Source: Patescibacteria group bacterium
Lineage (GTDB): Bacteria; Patescibacteriota; Kazan-3B-28; UBA10110
DNA: 64,000 nt
Assembly (NCBI GenBank): GCA_043802665.1
Contig: JAZDKW010000020.1
Span: 7,036 to 71,035, forward strand
Direction of reading: 5' to 3'
In this document: one piece after another, positions 28,785 through 38,532 of the stretch
How the letters are laid out: each line of letters starts with the position of its first letter
How positions within the stretch are numbered: the stretch's first letter is position 1
The notes under the pieces: model-generated
What the model was told of the DNA's origin: nothing
The model's database searches: none
Seen by the model: only the letters and a program-made list of their open reading frames with translations
Translations under genes and position numbers: made by a program

Positions 28785-29573
28785 ATGAAACTACCATCTC
28801 AAGATAGCGTATTGCAAGCTTCTTTAGAAGCCATCGGCTTGTCGGAAAAAGAAGCTAAAATCTACATCACCTTAGTTAAATTCGGCACCCTTACCCTATC
28901 TATGCTGGGCAGACACGCTGGGTTAAAACGCGGGATTGTTTATGATTTAACTAAAAAATTAATGACGAAAGGAATTGTTTCTTTATTCGAAAAAGACAAA
29001 AAATTAGTGGCTCAAGCTCAACCCCCGGAAAACTTACGAGCATTAGCAGAGGCGCAGGAAATGGAAACCAAATTAGCTAAGAAGCAACTAGAACAAAATA
29101 TTGTTGAACTAAAGAATATTTATGAGAACATCAACCTTAAACCTAATATTTCTTATTTGATTGGCGACACATCAATAGATTTTTTACACAATGATATATT
29201 ATCGGATAAGAAAACAGTATTCTTAGTTAGATCACTATACGATAGGATTATGAGGGAAGATATTCTATACTACATTAGTAAAAGGGCTAAATTAGGTATC
29301 TTAACAGAAATTACAGCTCCAAAAGATCCCAATAGAACTGACAAAGAACTATTGGAAAAACATCCACCATCGCTAGATAAGAAAAGATTGCTGATACGCA
29401 AATGGTTGCCACGAGGAGAATATGACTCACCTATCGCAATCCAAGTTTACGGTAATAAACTTTCTTTTATCAACTACCGCGAGAATAGAAAAATGGGGTT
29501 ATTAATCGAAGACAAAGACATTGCCGAATCAATTAGGCAAATTCTGCAAGCTCTGCGAAAGAGACTGGATTGA
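28785..29573 (+). CDS. TrmB-family transcriptional regulator
   Basis: 262 aa; N-terminal winged HTH (LGLSEKEAKIYITLVKFGTLTLSML), coiled linker, C-terminal effector-type domain. Confidence 0.65.
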   Translation: MKLPSQDSVLQASLEAIGLSEKEAKIYITLVKFGTLTLSMLGRHAGLKRGIVYDLTKKLMTKGIVSLFEKDKKLVAQAQPPENLRALAEAQEMETKLAKKQLEQNIVELKNIYENINLKPNISYLIGDTSIDFLHNDILSDKKTVFLVRSLYDRIMREDILYYISKRAKLGILTEITAPKDPNRTDKELLEKHPPSLDKKRLLIRKWLPRGEYDSPIAIQVYGNKLSFINYRENRKMGLLIEDKDIAESIRQILQALRKRLD

Positions 29574-29578
29574 GACAA

Positions 29579-30892
29579 CTAACAATTCAGCTTATTTTTC
29601 AGCCAGTCCCCTAACTCGGTAATATTTATCCGGTCTTGCTTCATAGAGTCGCGGTGGCGGATGGTGACAGTTTTGTCATTCAGGGAATCAGAATCTACCG
29701 TGATACAGAAAGGCGTTCCGATCTCGTCCTGGCGGCGATAACGTTTCCCCACTGTGCCGTCTTCGTCATATTCCACAAAGAAATGCGGTTTTAACTCTTC
29801 GTAAATTTCTTTGGCGATCTTGACTAATTCAGCATCTTTTTTTACCAACGGCAGAATGGCGGCTTTAATCGGTGCTAATTTTGGGTGCAGAGATAGCACC
29901 ACTCTTTGTTCGCCCTTAACTTCTTCTTCTTTATAGGCATCCACCAAAAAAGCTAAGGTTGCCCGATCCACTCCGCCGGAAGGTTCTATAACAAATGGTA
30001 ATAGTTTTTCTTTGGTTTCTTCGTCAAAATAAGCAAGATCTTGGCCACTCACTTTTTGGTGTTGAGCCAAGTCGTAATCTCCGCGATTGGCAATCCCTTC
30101 CAATTCCGACCAACCAAACGGGAATTCATATTCTATGTCGCTCACCGCTTTAGCATAATGTGCTAAATCTTTTTTATCATGATCCTGGAACCGCAATTTA
30201 TTTTTAGTAATACCTAAATCGCTGTACCAATCAAACCGAGCCTGCCGCCATTTTTTGAATTCGGCATCGGCATTTTTGGGATAGCAAAAATATTCCAGTT
30301 CAAATTGTTCAAACTCCAGTGTCCGAAAAGTAAAATTACCAGGGGTAATTTCGTTTCTGAAGGCTTTGCCGATCTGGGCTATGCCAAATGGAAGTTTGAC
30401 TCGGGTGCTGTCCAAAACATTTTTGAAATTAGTAAAAATCCCCTGCGCAGTCTCTGGCCGTAAATAAGTTACGCTTTTTTCATCTTCAACTGGCCCAACA
30501 AAAGTTTTGAACATTAATTGAAATTCTTTGGCTTCGGTTAGTTCTCCTTTGCAATTAGGACATTCGTTACTGGTAATATCATCAGCCTTGAAGCGTTGCT
30601 TGCATTTCTTACAATCTATCAATGGATCGTGAAATTCCTTAAGGTGACCAGAAGCTTCCCAGACTTTGGCATTCATTAATATGGAGCTATCCAATCCGAC
30701 AATGTCTGCTCGTTCCTGTACCATTGTGTGCCACCAGGCCTGTTTGACATTATTCTTTAACAAAACTCCGTAGGGCCCATAATCCCACGTGTTGGCAAAA
30801 CCGCCGTAGATTTCGGAATTAGGGTAGATAATCCCACGGCGCTTGCACAATGCAACAATGTCTTTCATTAATTCTGGTTCTTGTTTAATCAT
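29579..30892 (-). CDS. glyQS: glycine--tRNA ligase (alpha2 dimer type)
   Basis: 437 aa; class II aaRS motifs; the typical GlyQS N-terminus MIKQ...YPNSEIYGG...WDYGPYG. Confidence 0.9.
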   Translation of the reverse strand: MIKQEPELMKDIVALCKRRGIIYPNSEIYGGFANTWDYGPYGVLLKNNVKQAWWHTMVQERADIVGLDSSILMNAKVWEASGHLKEFHDPLIDCKKCKQRFKADDITSNECPNCKGELTEAKEFQLMFKTFVGPVEDEKSVTYLRPETAQGIFTNFKNVLDSTRVKLPFGIAQIGKAFRNEITPGNFTFRTLEFEQFELEYFCYPKNADAEFKKWRQARFDWYSDLGITKNKLRFQDHDKKDLAHYAKAVSDIEYEFPFGWSELEGIANRGDYDLAQHQKVSGQDLAYFDEETKEKLLPFVIEPSGGVDRATLAFLVDAYKEEEVKGEQRVVLSLHPKLAPIKAAILPLVKKDAELVKIAKEIYEELKPHFFVEYDEDGTVGKRYRRQDEIGTPFCITVDSDSLNDKTVTIRHRDSMKQDRINITELGDWLKNKLNC

Positions 30893-30901
30893 ATTCTACT
30901 T

Positions 30902-31151
30902 TTTTGTCATTCTGAGCGAAGTCGAAGAATCTACTAGCACAAACCCCGAGATCCCTCCACTCCGGTCGGGATGACAGGAAGGAAATCCTGAATCCCGTCC
31001 TTCGCTCTCCGAGCTTCCGGCCTTCGCCCAAGGGCTACGGCGGACAAGACGGAGGACTGACACAAGTTCCCGCCGTCGCCAATGCTATGGCGGGCAGGCA
31101 GGATGACGGAAAAAGGGGCCTGGATTCCCGATCAGGTCGGGAATGACAGAT
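30902..31151. mobile_element. GC-rich ~250-bp MITE-like block bounded by TGTCATTCTGAGCG ... CGGGAATGACAGA
   Basis: Terminal inverted repeats of the (C)GTCATYCYG family; local GC far above the window average; lies between glyQS and rplI. Confidence 0.45.
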
Positions 31152-31219
31152 GAAGTTAAAGATGACACATTGCTGTTGTTATCAGTGAAATCTGTACCCA
31201 ATCAGTGTTATCAGTGGTT

Positions 31220-31666
31220 TTATTCGGAGAGGATGGTTATTTTTAGTTCGCCTTGGAGTTCGGGAGAAAAAACTACTGGCACAGTGTGTTCACCCAATTT
31301 CTTGAGAGGTTTATTTATCCTAACGGCGGCCGGATCAATCCGGCTTTTAGTTTTATCCGAGAGTTCAGCGGCAATGTGATCGGCCCCTACTCCCGCAAAT
31401 AGTCGGCCCAATTTAGAGGCCTTGCGCTGAAAAACAAGATGGATCTTGGGCAATTCGCGAATGATATCCTCCCATTTTTTATGGAGCGTTTCGAATTCCT
31501 TTTTCCGCTTAGCTTCCCGCTTTTTGAGTCGTTCCAGCCTTTCTGGAGTTGCTATCTCGGCTAAACCCCTAAGAACCAGAAAATTCCGAGCGTAACCATC
31601 GGCTACCTCCTTGATATCACCATCGTGGCCCAATCCTGCCACTTCTTTAGTTAGAATAACTTTCAT
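31220..31666 (-). CDS. rplI: 50S ribosomal protein L9
   Basis: 148 aa; [30 protein letters not shown]. Confidence 0.9.
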   Translation of the reverse strand: MKVILTKEVAGLGHDGDIKEVADGYARNFLVLRGLAEIATPERLERLKKREAKRKKEFETLHKKWEDIIRELPKIHLVFQRKASKLGRLFAGVGADHIAAELSDKTKSRIDPAAVRINKPLKKLGEHTVPVVFSPELQGELKITILSE

Positions 31667-31783
31667 CCCGTTAGAAGCAGGAAACCTTTAGGTTCCCGAC
31701 GTTTAATAATAAGATATCTGATAATAAATGGGTTATTGAGTAATTCATAGAATTTGATACTGAATAGAGCACTTCTAACGGGA
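31667..31783. repeat. stop-to-start intergenic element 1: left end CCCGTTAGAAGCAGG, right end CACTTCTAACGGGA
   Basis: Exactly fills the gap between the ctpA stop (31788) and the rplI ATG (31666); terminal inverted repeat of 11-12 bp. Confidence 0.7.
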
Positions 31784-31787
31784 TGGA

Positions 31788-33002
31788 TCATTTTATTAGT
31801 TTCTTTAGTTCTTCTATAGCCTTATCTAACTGCACATCTGTTGCCTCGTCCTGACCCTCTTCTATTAATATATCAGGCTTAATCCCCCCCTGGCTAATGG
31901 ATTTACCGGAAGGCGTATACCAATGTGCTACTGTAATCCGCAGAGCGGAACCATCTGGCATCTCTTCAATCTCTTGGACACTTCCCTTGCCATAGGTGTT
32001 GGTCCCCACGATTGTCGCTCTCCCATTGTCCTTAAGAGCACCTGCCAAGATCTCTGCCGCCGAGGCACTACCATCATTCACCAAGACAACCACAGGGATA
32101 TCTGATAATTTCCCGGAACCATCAGCATAAAAAGGTGTCACTCGGCCATCTTTGAATCGCTCTTCCACAATCATGCCATCAAACATAAATTCATTGACGA
32201 CCTTAACCCCAACATCCAAAAACCCGCCGGGATTATTGCGCAAATCTAATACTATCCCGGTAACGCCGCCCTTGACTATAGTGCTAACAACATTGCGAAA
32301 CAATTTTTCTGTATCACTGCTAAATTTAGTGATTTCAATAACGGCCAACTGGTCCTCAAAAGAAACTAAAGTAACACTGGGTATTTTAATTAGACCACGA
32401 GTCACCACAAACTCTAACGGATTGGCTTCCCCTTCCCGGCTGATAATCAAAGTAACTTGGCTACCGCGAGCCCCCTGAATGAGCTGTACCGCCCCATCTA
32501 AACCCAAACCGATTGTGATGCGGCCATCAATGGCCATAATCGTATCGCGCGGCTTAATGCCGGCCTTCTGCGCTGGCGAACCTTCCATAGGAGTAATGAC
32601 TACTAACTGGCCATCAATATCATCCATTTCGACACCGATACCTTCATAAATGCCGTTTAAATTAGTAAAGAACTCTTTGCTTTCGGCTGGTGTGCTAAAC
32701 GAAGTGTAATGATCCCCTAAAGAATCTACCGCCCCCTTAATACTGCCATATAACAAATTGAGCTGATCTATATCACCGTAATATTTTTCTTGCAATAAAC
32801 TAATCACGTCCTCATACAAGGAAAAACTGGGGGTGACTTCACGATAGTTGCTGATCTCTTGTTGCCAAGCCGCTAAAAGATTCTGGTTGGTAATGCGATG
32901 ATAATATCCCCGAGTTACTCCCAACCAATAGCCCATCAACAAGGACACTAAAATGCTTAGGATACAAAGCGCGTTACGAGTTTTGTCATCAATTTTAAAC
33001 AT
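31788..33002 (-). CDS. ctpA: C-terminal processing peptidase (S41) with PDZ domain
   Basis: 404 aa; PDZ segment plus the S41 catalytic region. Confidence 0.8.
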   Translation of the reverse strand: MFKIDDKTRNALCILSILVSLLMGYWLGVTRGYYHRITNQNLLAAWQQEISNYREVTPSFSLYEDVISLLQEKYYGDIDQLNLLYGSIKGAVDSLGDHYTSFSTPAESKEFFTNLNGIYEGIGVEMDDIDGQLVVITPMEGSPAQKAGIKPRDTIMAIDGRITIGLGLDGAVQLIQGARGSQVTLIISREGEANPLEFVVTRGLIKIPSVTLVSFEDQLAVIEITKFSSDTEKLFRNVVSTIVKGGVTGIVLDLRNNPGGFLDVGVKVVNEFMFDGMIVEERFKDGRVTPFYADGSGKLSDIPVVVLVNDGSASAAEILAGALKDNGRATIVGTNTYGKGSVQEIEEMPDGSALRITVAHWYTPSGKSISQGGIKPDILIEEGQDEATDVQLDKAIEELKKLIK

Positions 33003-33006
33003 AACC

Positions 33007-34167
33007 TTAACTTATCAGATAAGCCAGGGGATTACGCAATACCCCTTCATACCACACCTCAAAATGTAGGTGCGGCCCGGTGGTGAGCCAGCCTGCACCA
33101 GGAGTGCCGGGAGTACCGCCGCTATATCCAATTACTTGGCCTAAACTCACTCTGGCTCCATTGCCTACTGCGAACCCGGATAAATGCATATAAACTGTAG
33201 CTAAGCCATTGTCATGATTAATCACTAAGTAACTCAGGCCTTTGGCCCCACCGTTCACTATTTTAGTTACCGTTCCACTAGCAGGTGCAGTTATCGGCGT
33301 ACCTTGGGGACAAGCAATATCCATGCCCGTATGTTGCAGGCCAAATCGTTTAAAGTAATCAGGATCGCGAAAAGTAGCAGTGATAGTTCGATACGGAATC
33401 GGCCACATTAAGGTCAAAGGCCCCACCGGATGAGTGGAAGGGGTCTGCCGTATTAAAGTGGCAACGGCATCCTCGACGGCCACTGCCTCTGCTTTGGATT
33501 CGGCTAATTTTCCCTGATATTCCGTTTCGCTTAATTTAAGATCCTTCATAATCTTATTTTTGGCGTCAACTTGAATACCCAAACTTTGTTCTTCTATTGT
33601 TCTTTGTTGACGGATATCTAACAAACGTTCGTTTTTATCTTCCAGAAAAGCTTTTTTGGAAGATAGTGATTCTTGGATTCCCTTCAAAGCCTGCAGATTA
33701 GTAGTGATTTTGTTTTGGATATAGTTAATATATTCCATCCGAATCCAGAAATCGGCTATGCTATTAGAACCCAAAACAATCTCGATTAAATTATTTTGGC
33801 TATATATATAAGAAGCGCGGATGGCCTGTTTAAGATCTATGCGCCGAGCCAAAGCCTGTTCCTCCAAATCTACTAAATCGTGATTGATAGTATTTTTTTC
33901 TATACCGATAGTAACAACCTCAGCATCAATAGCTTCTAAAGCCAATTGAGCCGTAGTGATTTGTTGGTCAAGCAACTTAACCTGATTGTCCAAAGTAAGC
34001 GTTTGTTTGCGAATATTGGATAATGTTTCTTCCTGCTGAGTAATTTTTTTTTGGATATCTTTTAGCTCTTGCTGTTTATCGGACAATAAATCGGCCCGGG
34101 CTGGGCTGTTTGTCAATATTAATCCAGCTATTAATGCTATGTTGAGTCCAAAAAGTATTTTTTTCAT
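33007..34167 (-). CDS. envC: M23/LytM peptidase with N-terminal coiled coil (EnvC-like FtsEX partner)
   Basis: 386 aa; signal peptide, long coiled coil, C-terminal M23 motifs (HTGMDIA ... GPHLHFEV). Confidence 0.8.
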   Translation of the reverse strand: MKKILFGLNIALIAGLILTNSPARADLLSDKQQELKDIQKKITQQEETLSNIRKQTLTLDNQVKLLDQQITTAQLALEAIDAEVVTIGIEKNTINHDLVDLEEQALARRIDLKQAIRASYIYSQNNLIEIVLGSNSIADFWIRMEYINYIQNKITTNLQALKGIQESLSSKKAFLEDKNERLLDIRQQRTIEEQSLGIQVDAKNKIMKDLKLSETEYQGKLAESKAEAVAVEDAVATLIRQTPSTHPVGPLTLMWPIPYRTITATFRDPDYFKRFGLQHTGMDIACPQGTPITAPASGTVTKIVNGGAKGLSYLVINHDNGLATVYMHLSGFAVGNGARVSLGQVIGYSGGTPGTPGAGWLTTGPHLHFEVWYEGVLRNPLAYLIS

Positions 34168-34287
34168 CCCGTTAGAAGCAGGAAACGCCTTCGTTTCCGT
34201 CGTTTAAAGATAAAGTGGTTAATTGGTTAGTCATGGCACAAGGCATAGCTTTTATTAAGTTGGAATCCTTTGCTGCTTCTAACGGGA
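34168..34287. repeat. stop-to-start intergenic element 2: CCCGTTAGAAGCAGG ... GCTTCTAACGGGA
   Basis: Fills the gap between the ftsX stop (34289) and the envC ATG (34167). Confidence 0.7.
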
Positions 34288-34288
34288 C

Positions 34289-35206
34289 TCATATTCTTAG
34301 ATATCGCCGGGTAGATAAGTAACTGCTGATGGCTCCTACTGATACTCCGAAAAACAACTGAACAACAAAAAGCTTCACTGCGAAAACATAATCAAAAATA
34401 TTGTGAGCACCGACCAAGGTCTGTAATGACCAGTACTGTTCGCCCAATAATAATATTATTCCTTGATACACACCCAGGGTAAGCAAAAAAGCTAACACCG
34501 CTCCCAATAATCCGTAAATTACTCCTTCTAAGATGAGCGGCCACCGAATATACCAATCGGTAGCTCCAACCAGCTTCATAATTTCTATCTCCTCTTTATG
34601 GGTAAAGATAGTGATACGGATAGTATTAAAAATAATCAGCAGGGCGATAATAATCAAAATCAAACTTAGTGCTAAATTGCCCCAAGCCAAAAACCAATTG
34701 AACTTGCGCAATTTATCTACAACGACCTGATTATTTTCTAAACTGGTTTTGGTGACAATGTGATTGGTATCTTGATCCTTCACCCGCTGCACCACCGTTT
34801 CCAAGAGGTTCGCATCGGTTACTTCAATCTGTAAACTCACAGGGAAAAAGCTACTGTCATCCCCGACAATATCTAAGAGAGCCTGATCGTGCTGACTACT
34901 GGTAGTATATCTCTCCAAAGCTTGTTCGCGTGAAATAAATTGGACATCTTTAACTCCTTTTAGATATTCAATCTTGTCCTGGAAAGCTAAAACATCGCTA
35001 TCCGGAACATAATCTTCAAAGAATACAGCCACATTAATCTGTTCGTTAAGGGCCTGAATAGCCTTATTAACTCCCAAATTAACCGTCAGGAAAATTCCCA
35101 CTAAAAGCAAAACCTGCATCATAATAAAGATCGCCACGAGACTTAACCAACCGTTGCGCCAAAAACCATGCCAAGCCGTTTTTATAATGCGTAAAAATAT
35201 TTGCAT
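34289..35206 (-). CDS. ftsX: cell division ABC permease-like protein FtsX
   Basis: 305 aa; 4 TM helices with large periplasmic loop; downstream of ftsE. Confidence 0.85.
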   Translation of the reverse strand: MQIFLRIIKTAWHGFWRNGWLSLVAIFIMMQVLLLVGIFLTVNLGVNKAIQALNEQINVAVFFEDYVPDSDVLAFQDKIEYLKGVKDVQFISREQALERYTTSSQHDQALLDIVGDDSSFFPVSLQIEVTDANLLETVVQRVKDQDTNHIVTKTSLENNQVVVDKLRKFNWFLAWGNLALSLILIIIALLIIFNTIRITIFTHKEEIEIMKLVGATDWYIRWPLILEGVIYGLLGAVLAFLLTLGVYQGIILLLGEQYWSLQTLVGAHNIFDYVFAVKLFVVQLFFGVSVGAISSYLSTRRYLRI

Positions 35207-35217
35207 TGATTGGGTAA

Positions 35218-35898
35218 TTAATTTAACCGATATTTTCCGTGCCTTTTGTCGCTAACCAACTTTCCATCCTTTAAAGAAACTACTCGTTTTCCAATTGAAT
35301 CAACAATCTCCCGATTGTGAGTAGCCAAAATTACTGTTGTGCCTAAGCGATTGATTTTTATCAACAATTGCGCGATCTCCCACGCATTGTGAGGGTCCAG
35401 ATTCCCAGTCGGTTCATCTGCAATTAATAACCGAGGATGGAGCACTAAGGCACGGGCGATCGCTACTCGCTGAGCCTCTCCTCCCGATAGTTCATGCGGA
35501 AAATTATCGGCCTTGTTTTTAAGACCTACTAAATCTAATATCTTCATTGTCTCGGTCCGAATAGCCTCGTCCGAAGCCCCCGTAACCTCTAAAGCAAAAG
35601 CTACATTTTCATATACTGTTTTATTGGGCAATAACTTAAAATCTTGATAAACTACGCCAATCTGTCTCCGATAATAAGGAATGTATGCCTTGCTCAACAA
35701 GTGAATGTCCTTTCCGTCAATAGTGATTTGACCAAAAGTGGGCTGTTCCTCACAAGTCAGCAAACGGATGATAGTCGATTTGCCCGCTCCCGATGGCCCC
35801 ACCAAGCTGATGAACTCTCGCGGCAGAATGGTAAAACTAACCCCGTCTAAGGCTCGGACCGTCCCATAATGTTTGGTTACCCGATTTAATTGAATCAT
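35218..35898 (-). CDS. ftsE: cell division ATP-binding protein FtsE
   Basis: 226 aa; Walker A GPSGAGKST, signature [15 protein letters not shown], Walker [13 protein letters not shown]. Confidence 0.9.
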   Translation of the reverse strand: MIQLNRVTKHYGTVRALDGVSFTILPREFISLVGPSGAGKSTIIRLLTCEEQPTFGQITIDGKDIHLLSKAYIPYYRRQIGVVYQDFKLLPNKTVYENVAFALEVTGASDEAIRTETMKILDLVGLKNKADNFPHELSGGEAQRVAIARALVLHPRLLIADEPTGNLDPHNAWEIAQLLIKINRLGTTVILATHNREIVDSIGKRVVSLKDGKLVSDKRHGKYRLN

Positions 35899-35946
35899 AA
35901 TTTATTATCCTGAGCGTAGTCGAAGGACTTCATTTTTATTATATGC

Positions 35947-37045
35947 TTACTTCAACCTATCTTTAAGATTTAAGGTAACACTATTAATTATTTCGTCTAA
36001 ATTACCCTCTTCCAACACCTCTTTAACCCGGGTGGTAACAAAACCACTACGATGATCTTTAATTTGATGGTATGGGTGCAGTACATAAGAACGAATTTGT
36101 TGGCCAAAATCGCCTGACTCCCCTGCGCCTTTCAGGCCCCGCTCTTCATTCTCGCGTTCTTGTTCCTTCAACAAATAGACACGGTGCTTTAGGACACGCA
36201 TAGCGATTTCCTTGTTTTGCGCTTGTGATCGTTCGCCCTGTGCTGATGCGGATAATTTAGTGGGTAAATGAGTAATGCGCACAGCCGAATCAGTGGTATT
36301 GACTGACTGACCACCGTGTCCGGAAGAACGGAAAACATCAATGCGCAGATCTTTAGCTGGCAGTTCGGCTTCGACGATCTCCCCTAAATCCGGGATAACT
36401 TCTATCAAAGCAAATGAGGTCTGCCGCAAATTCTGGGCGTTAAATGGCGACAACCGAATCAGCCGATGGACACCTTTCTCCGCCTTTAGCAGGCCGTAAG
36501 CTAAATCACCTTCTATTTTGATGGTAGCGCTTTTAATACCCGCTTCCCCACCGGCGGTTTTTTCAATTAACGTAGTGCGCCACCCTCTCCGAGCCGCATA
36601 TTTTGTATACATTCTGAGGAGCATCTCTGTCCAATCGGCGGCATCTACTCCTCCTGTCCCGCTATGTAAAAAGAGGTACGCATCGCGCCGGTCGTAGGGA
36701 CCGTTCAGTACCGTCTGCCGCTCCAATTCATCTAATCTCTTTTGTACTTTATCCAGCAGAACCACTGCCGCTTCATCAGTACTGGTAAAATCCTCATCTT
36801 TCATTACAGCGGATAGACCCCCCAGTTGGCTGTCTAAATCACTGATTTCATCAATCAGTTTTTTATTCCGCTCAAATTCAATAGTTAGCTCTTTGGCTTT
36901 CGCTGGGTCTTGCCAAAAAGCTGGTTCGCTCATTTGTTCAGCAATCGATTTGTTTTTTATAGATAGACCCGCCGGGTCAAAGATACCTCCGCAATCTATC
37001 CAACTGATCCACTGCCTCTTCCGCTGACAATTTTAATTCCTTCAT
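35947..37045 (-). CDS. prfB: peptide chain release factor 2, with programmed +1 frameshift
   Basis: ORF1 (ATG 37045) encodes MKELKLSAEEAVDQLDRLRRYL and ends at UGA 36979-36977. Its context GGAGG UAU CUU UGA C is the canonical RF2 frameshift site. The +1 frame continues into the annotated 328-aa ORF, which carries the GGQ motif (SGHGGQS). Confidence 0.85.
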
Positions 37046-37161
37046 CCCGTTAGAAGCAGGGAGCCCAGGGCTCCCGACTGGTTAACAATATAGTATCTGA
37101 TAATAAATTAATAATTAAATAATCCATAGGTTTTATACGTAATGATGTGTTTCTAACGGGA
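37046..37161. repeat. stop-to-start intergenic element 3: CCCGTTAGAAGCAGGG ... GTTTCTAACGGGA
   Basis: Fills the gap between the infC stop (37166) and the prfB ATG (37045). Confidence 0.7.
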
Positions 37162-37165
37162 TAAA

Positions 37166-37678
37166 TTATTTTGGATTTAATACTGTAAAAAGTTGTCGAT
37201 TTTGGATTGCAGGTGTTTTTTCTAAACTATAAGTTTGTTGTAACATCCCCAAAAATTTGTCTAGGACCCGTTGACCTAATTCTGGGTGAGTGATTTGACG
37301 CCCTTTGAAACGAACCACCACCTTTACCTTATGCTGTTTGGCGAGAAACTGATCGACTTTTTTAGCTTTAACTATCAGATCATGATCGTCAATCCCGAGG
37401 CTAAGCCGCATTTCTTTTTCTTCACGGTTTTTTTGTCGCTTACGTTGTTGTGCTTGAGATTTCTCCTGTTCGTATTGATATTTACCGTAGTCAATAATTT
37501 TACAAACTGGAGGCCGTTGGTTAGCTACAACTTCGACAAGATCCAAGCCAACTTCTTTAGCTTGTTGTAGTGCTTGAGAAGTGGCAATTATTCCTACCCG
37601 TTGTCCATTCTCGTCGATTAATAGGACTTGAGGTAGGCGGATTTGTTCATTGATGCGCAAACGTGATTGTGAGGTCAT
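37166..37678 (-). CDS. infC: translation initiation factor IF-3
   Basis: 170 aa; IF3 N- and C-domains (VRLIDENGQ..., KVKVVVRFKGRQITHPELG). Confidence 0.9.
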   Translation of the reverse strand: MTSQSRLRINEQIRLPQVLLIDENGQRVGIIATSQALQQAKEVGLDLVEVVANQRPPVCKIIDYGKYQYEQEKSQAQQRKRQKNREEKEMRLSLGIDDHDLIVKAKKVDQFLAKQHKVKVVVRFKGRQITHPELGQRVLDKFLGMLQQTYSLEKTPAIQNRQLFTVLNPK

Positions 37679-37730
37679 ATGAAGTATATATAGACACTAT
37701 CATAAGAGGTAGCTAGCGTCAACAAACTTG

Positions 37731-38531
37731 CTAGCTGGTCTGGTTAGGTGATTTAGAGGAAGTTAGGACAGTAATGGTTTTACCGATGGCATGGATCTTG
37801 ACAGGAGTATGAGCCACCGTATCATTGCCAGATATTATAGGCATATTTAAACTGCTCTCAATTTCTATATGATTTGCCCGAAATATACTTTTTTCAGGGC
37901 TCTTTTCGTTACAGGTATTAAGATAGATTTTCATCTTCTTGCCAAATTCATCTTGAAAATAAATGGCCATAGTATGTAATTGGCATTTGATGACAAATTC
38001 GTTGTCTATTTTTATTGTACAAGCAACATGGTGTTCTTCCTTGGGGATTGCTCTAGTATTGGCCCCGATGAAGTTGCGCAATAGGCTTTTCTTTTCGAAG
38101 AGATTAGCTAACAGGGTGCGTTTTGGGCTAATCAAAAGTGACCCCGCAAAATATCTTTCCCCAATTTTACCCAGACGTAGTTGTTTCTTTTTGTGTTGAG
38201 CTAATATTTTAATCCCAGTTTTCCAATCCCGAGCGCCCAGTGTATTAGCCAGCAGGTTGGCTTTGCTAATAGGAATAATAGCTAAAGGCAAATTGCGGTA
38301 ATCTGCCAAAGCATCAATCACAGCATTAACAGTACCATTGCCTCCCACTGCCACCACTGCCTTTAAACTAGTTTTGGCATGTTGTTTAATTAAATCTTCT
38401 ACATTAGCTAAATCGTCGATGATAACTATTTTATATTTAATATCCAACTTATTGAGTAAGCTGGTAAAAGGTCGTTCAATTCGACGGTAGCGCTGATTTC
38501 CTGCTTTGGGGTTGACTAGAAGAAGGTACAT
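37731..38531 (-). CDS. diacylglycerol/lipid kinase catalytic-domain protein (YegS/BmrU family)
   Basis: 266 aa; VVAVGGNGTVNAV nucleotide-binding motif of DAGK_cat. Confidence 0.65.
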   Translation of the reverse strand: MYLLLVNPKAGNQRYRRIERPFTSLLNKLDIKYKIVIIDDLANVEDLIKQHAKTSLKAVVAVGGNGTVNAVIDALADYRNLPLAIIPISKANLLANTLGARDWKTGIKILAQHKKKQLRLGKIGERYFAGSLLISPKRTLLANLFEKKSLLRNFIGANTRAIPKEEHHVACTIKIDNEFVIKCQLHTMAIYFQDEFGKKMKIYLNTCNEKSPEKSIFRANHIEIESSLNMPIISGNDTVAHTPVKIHAIGKTITVLTSSKSPNQTS

Positions 38532-38532
38532 T

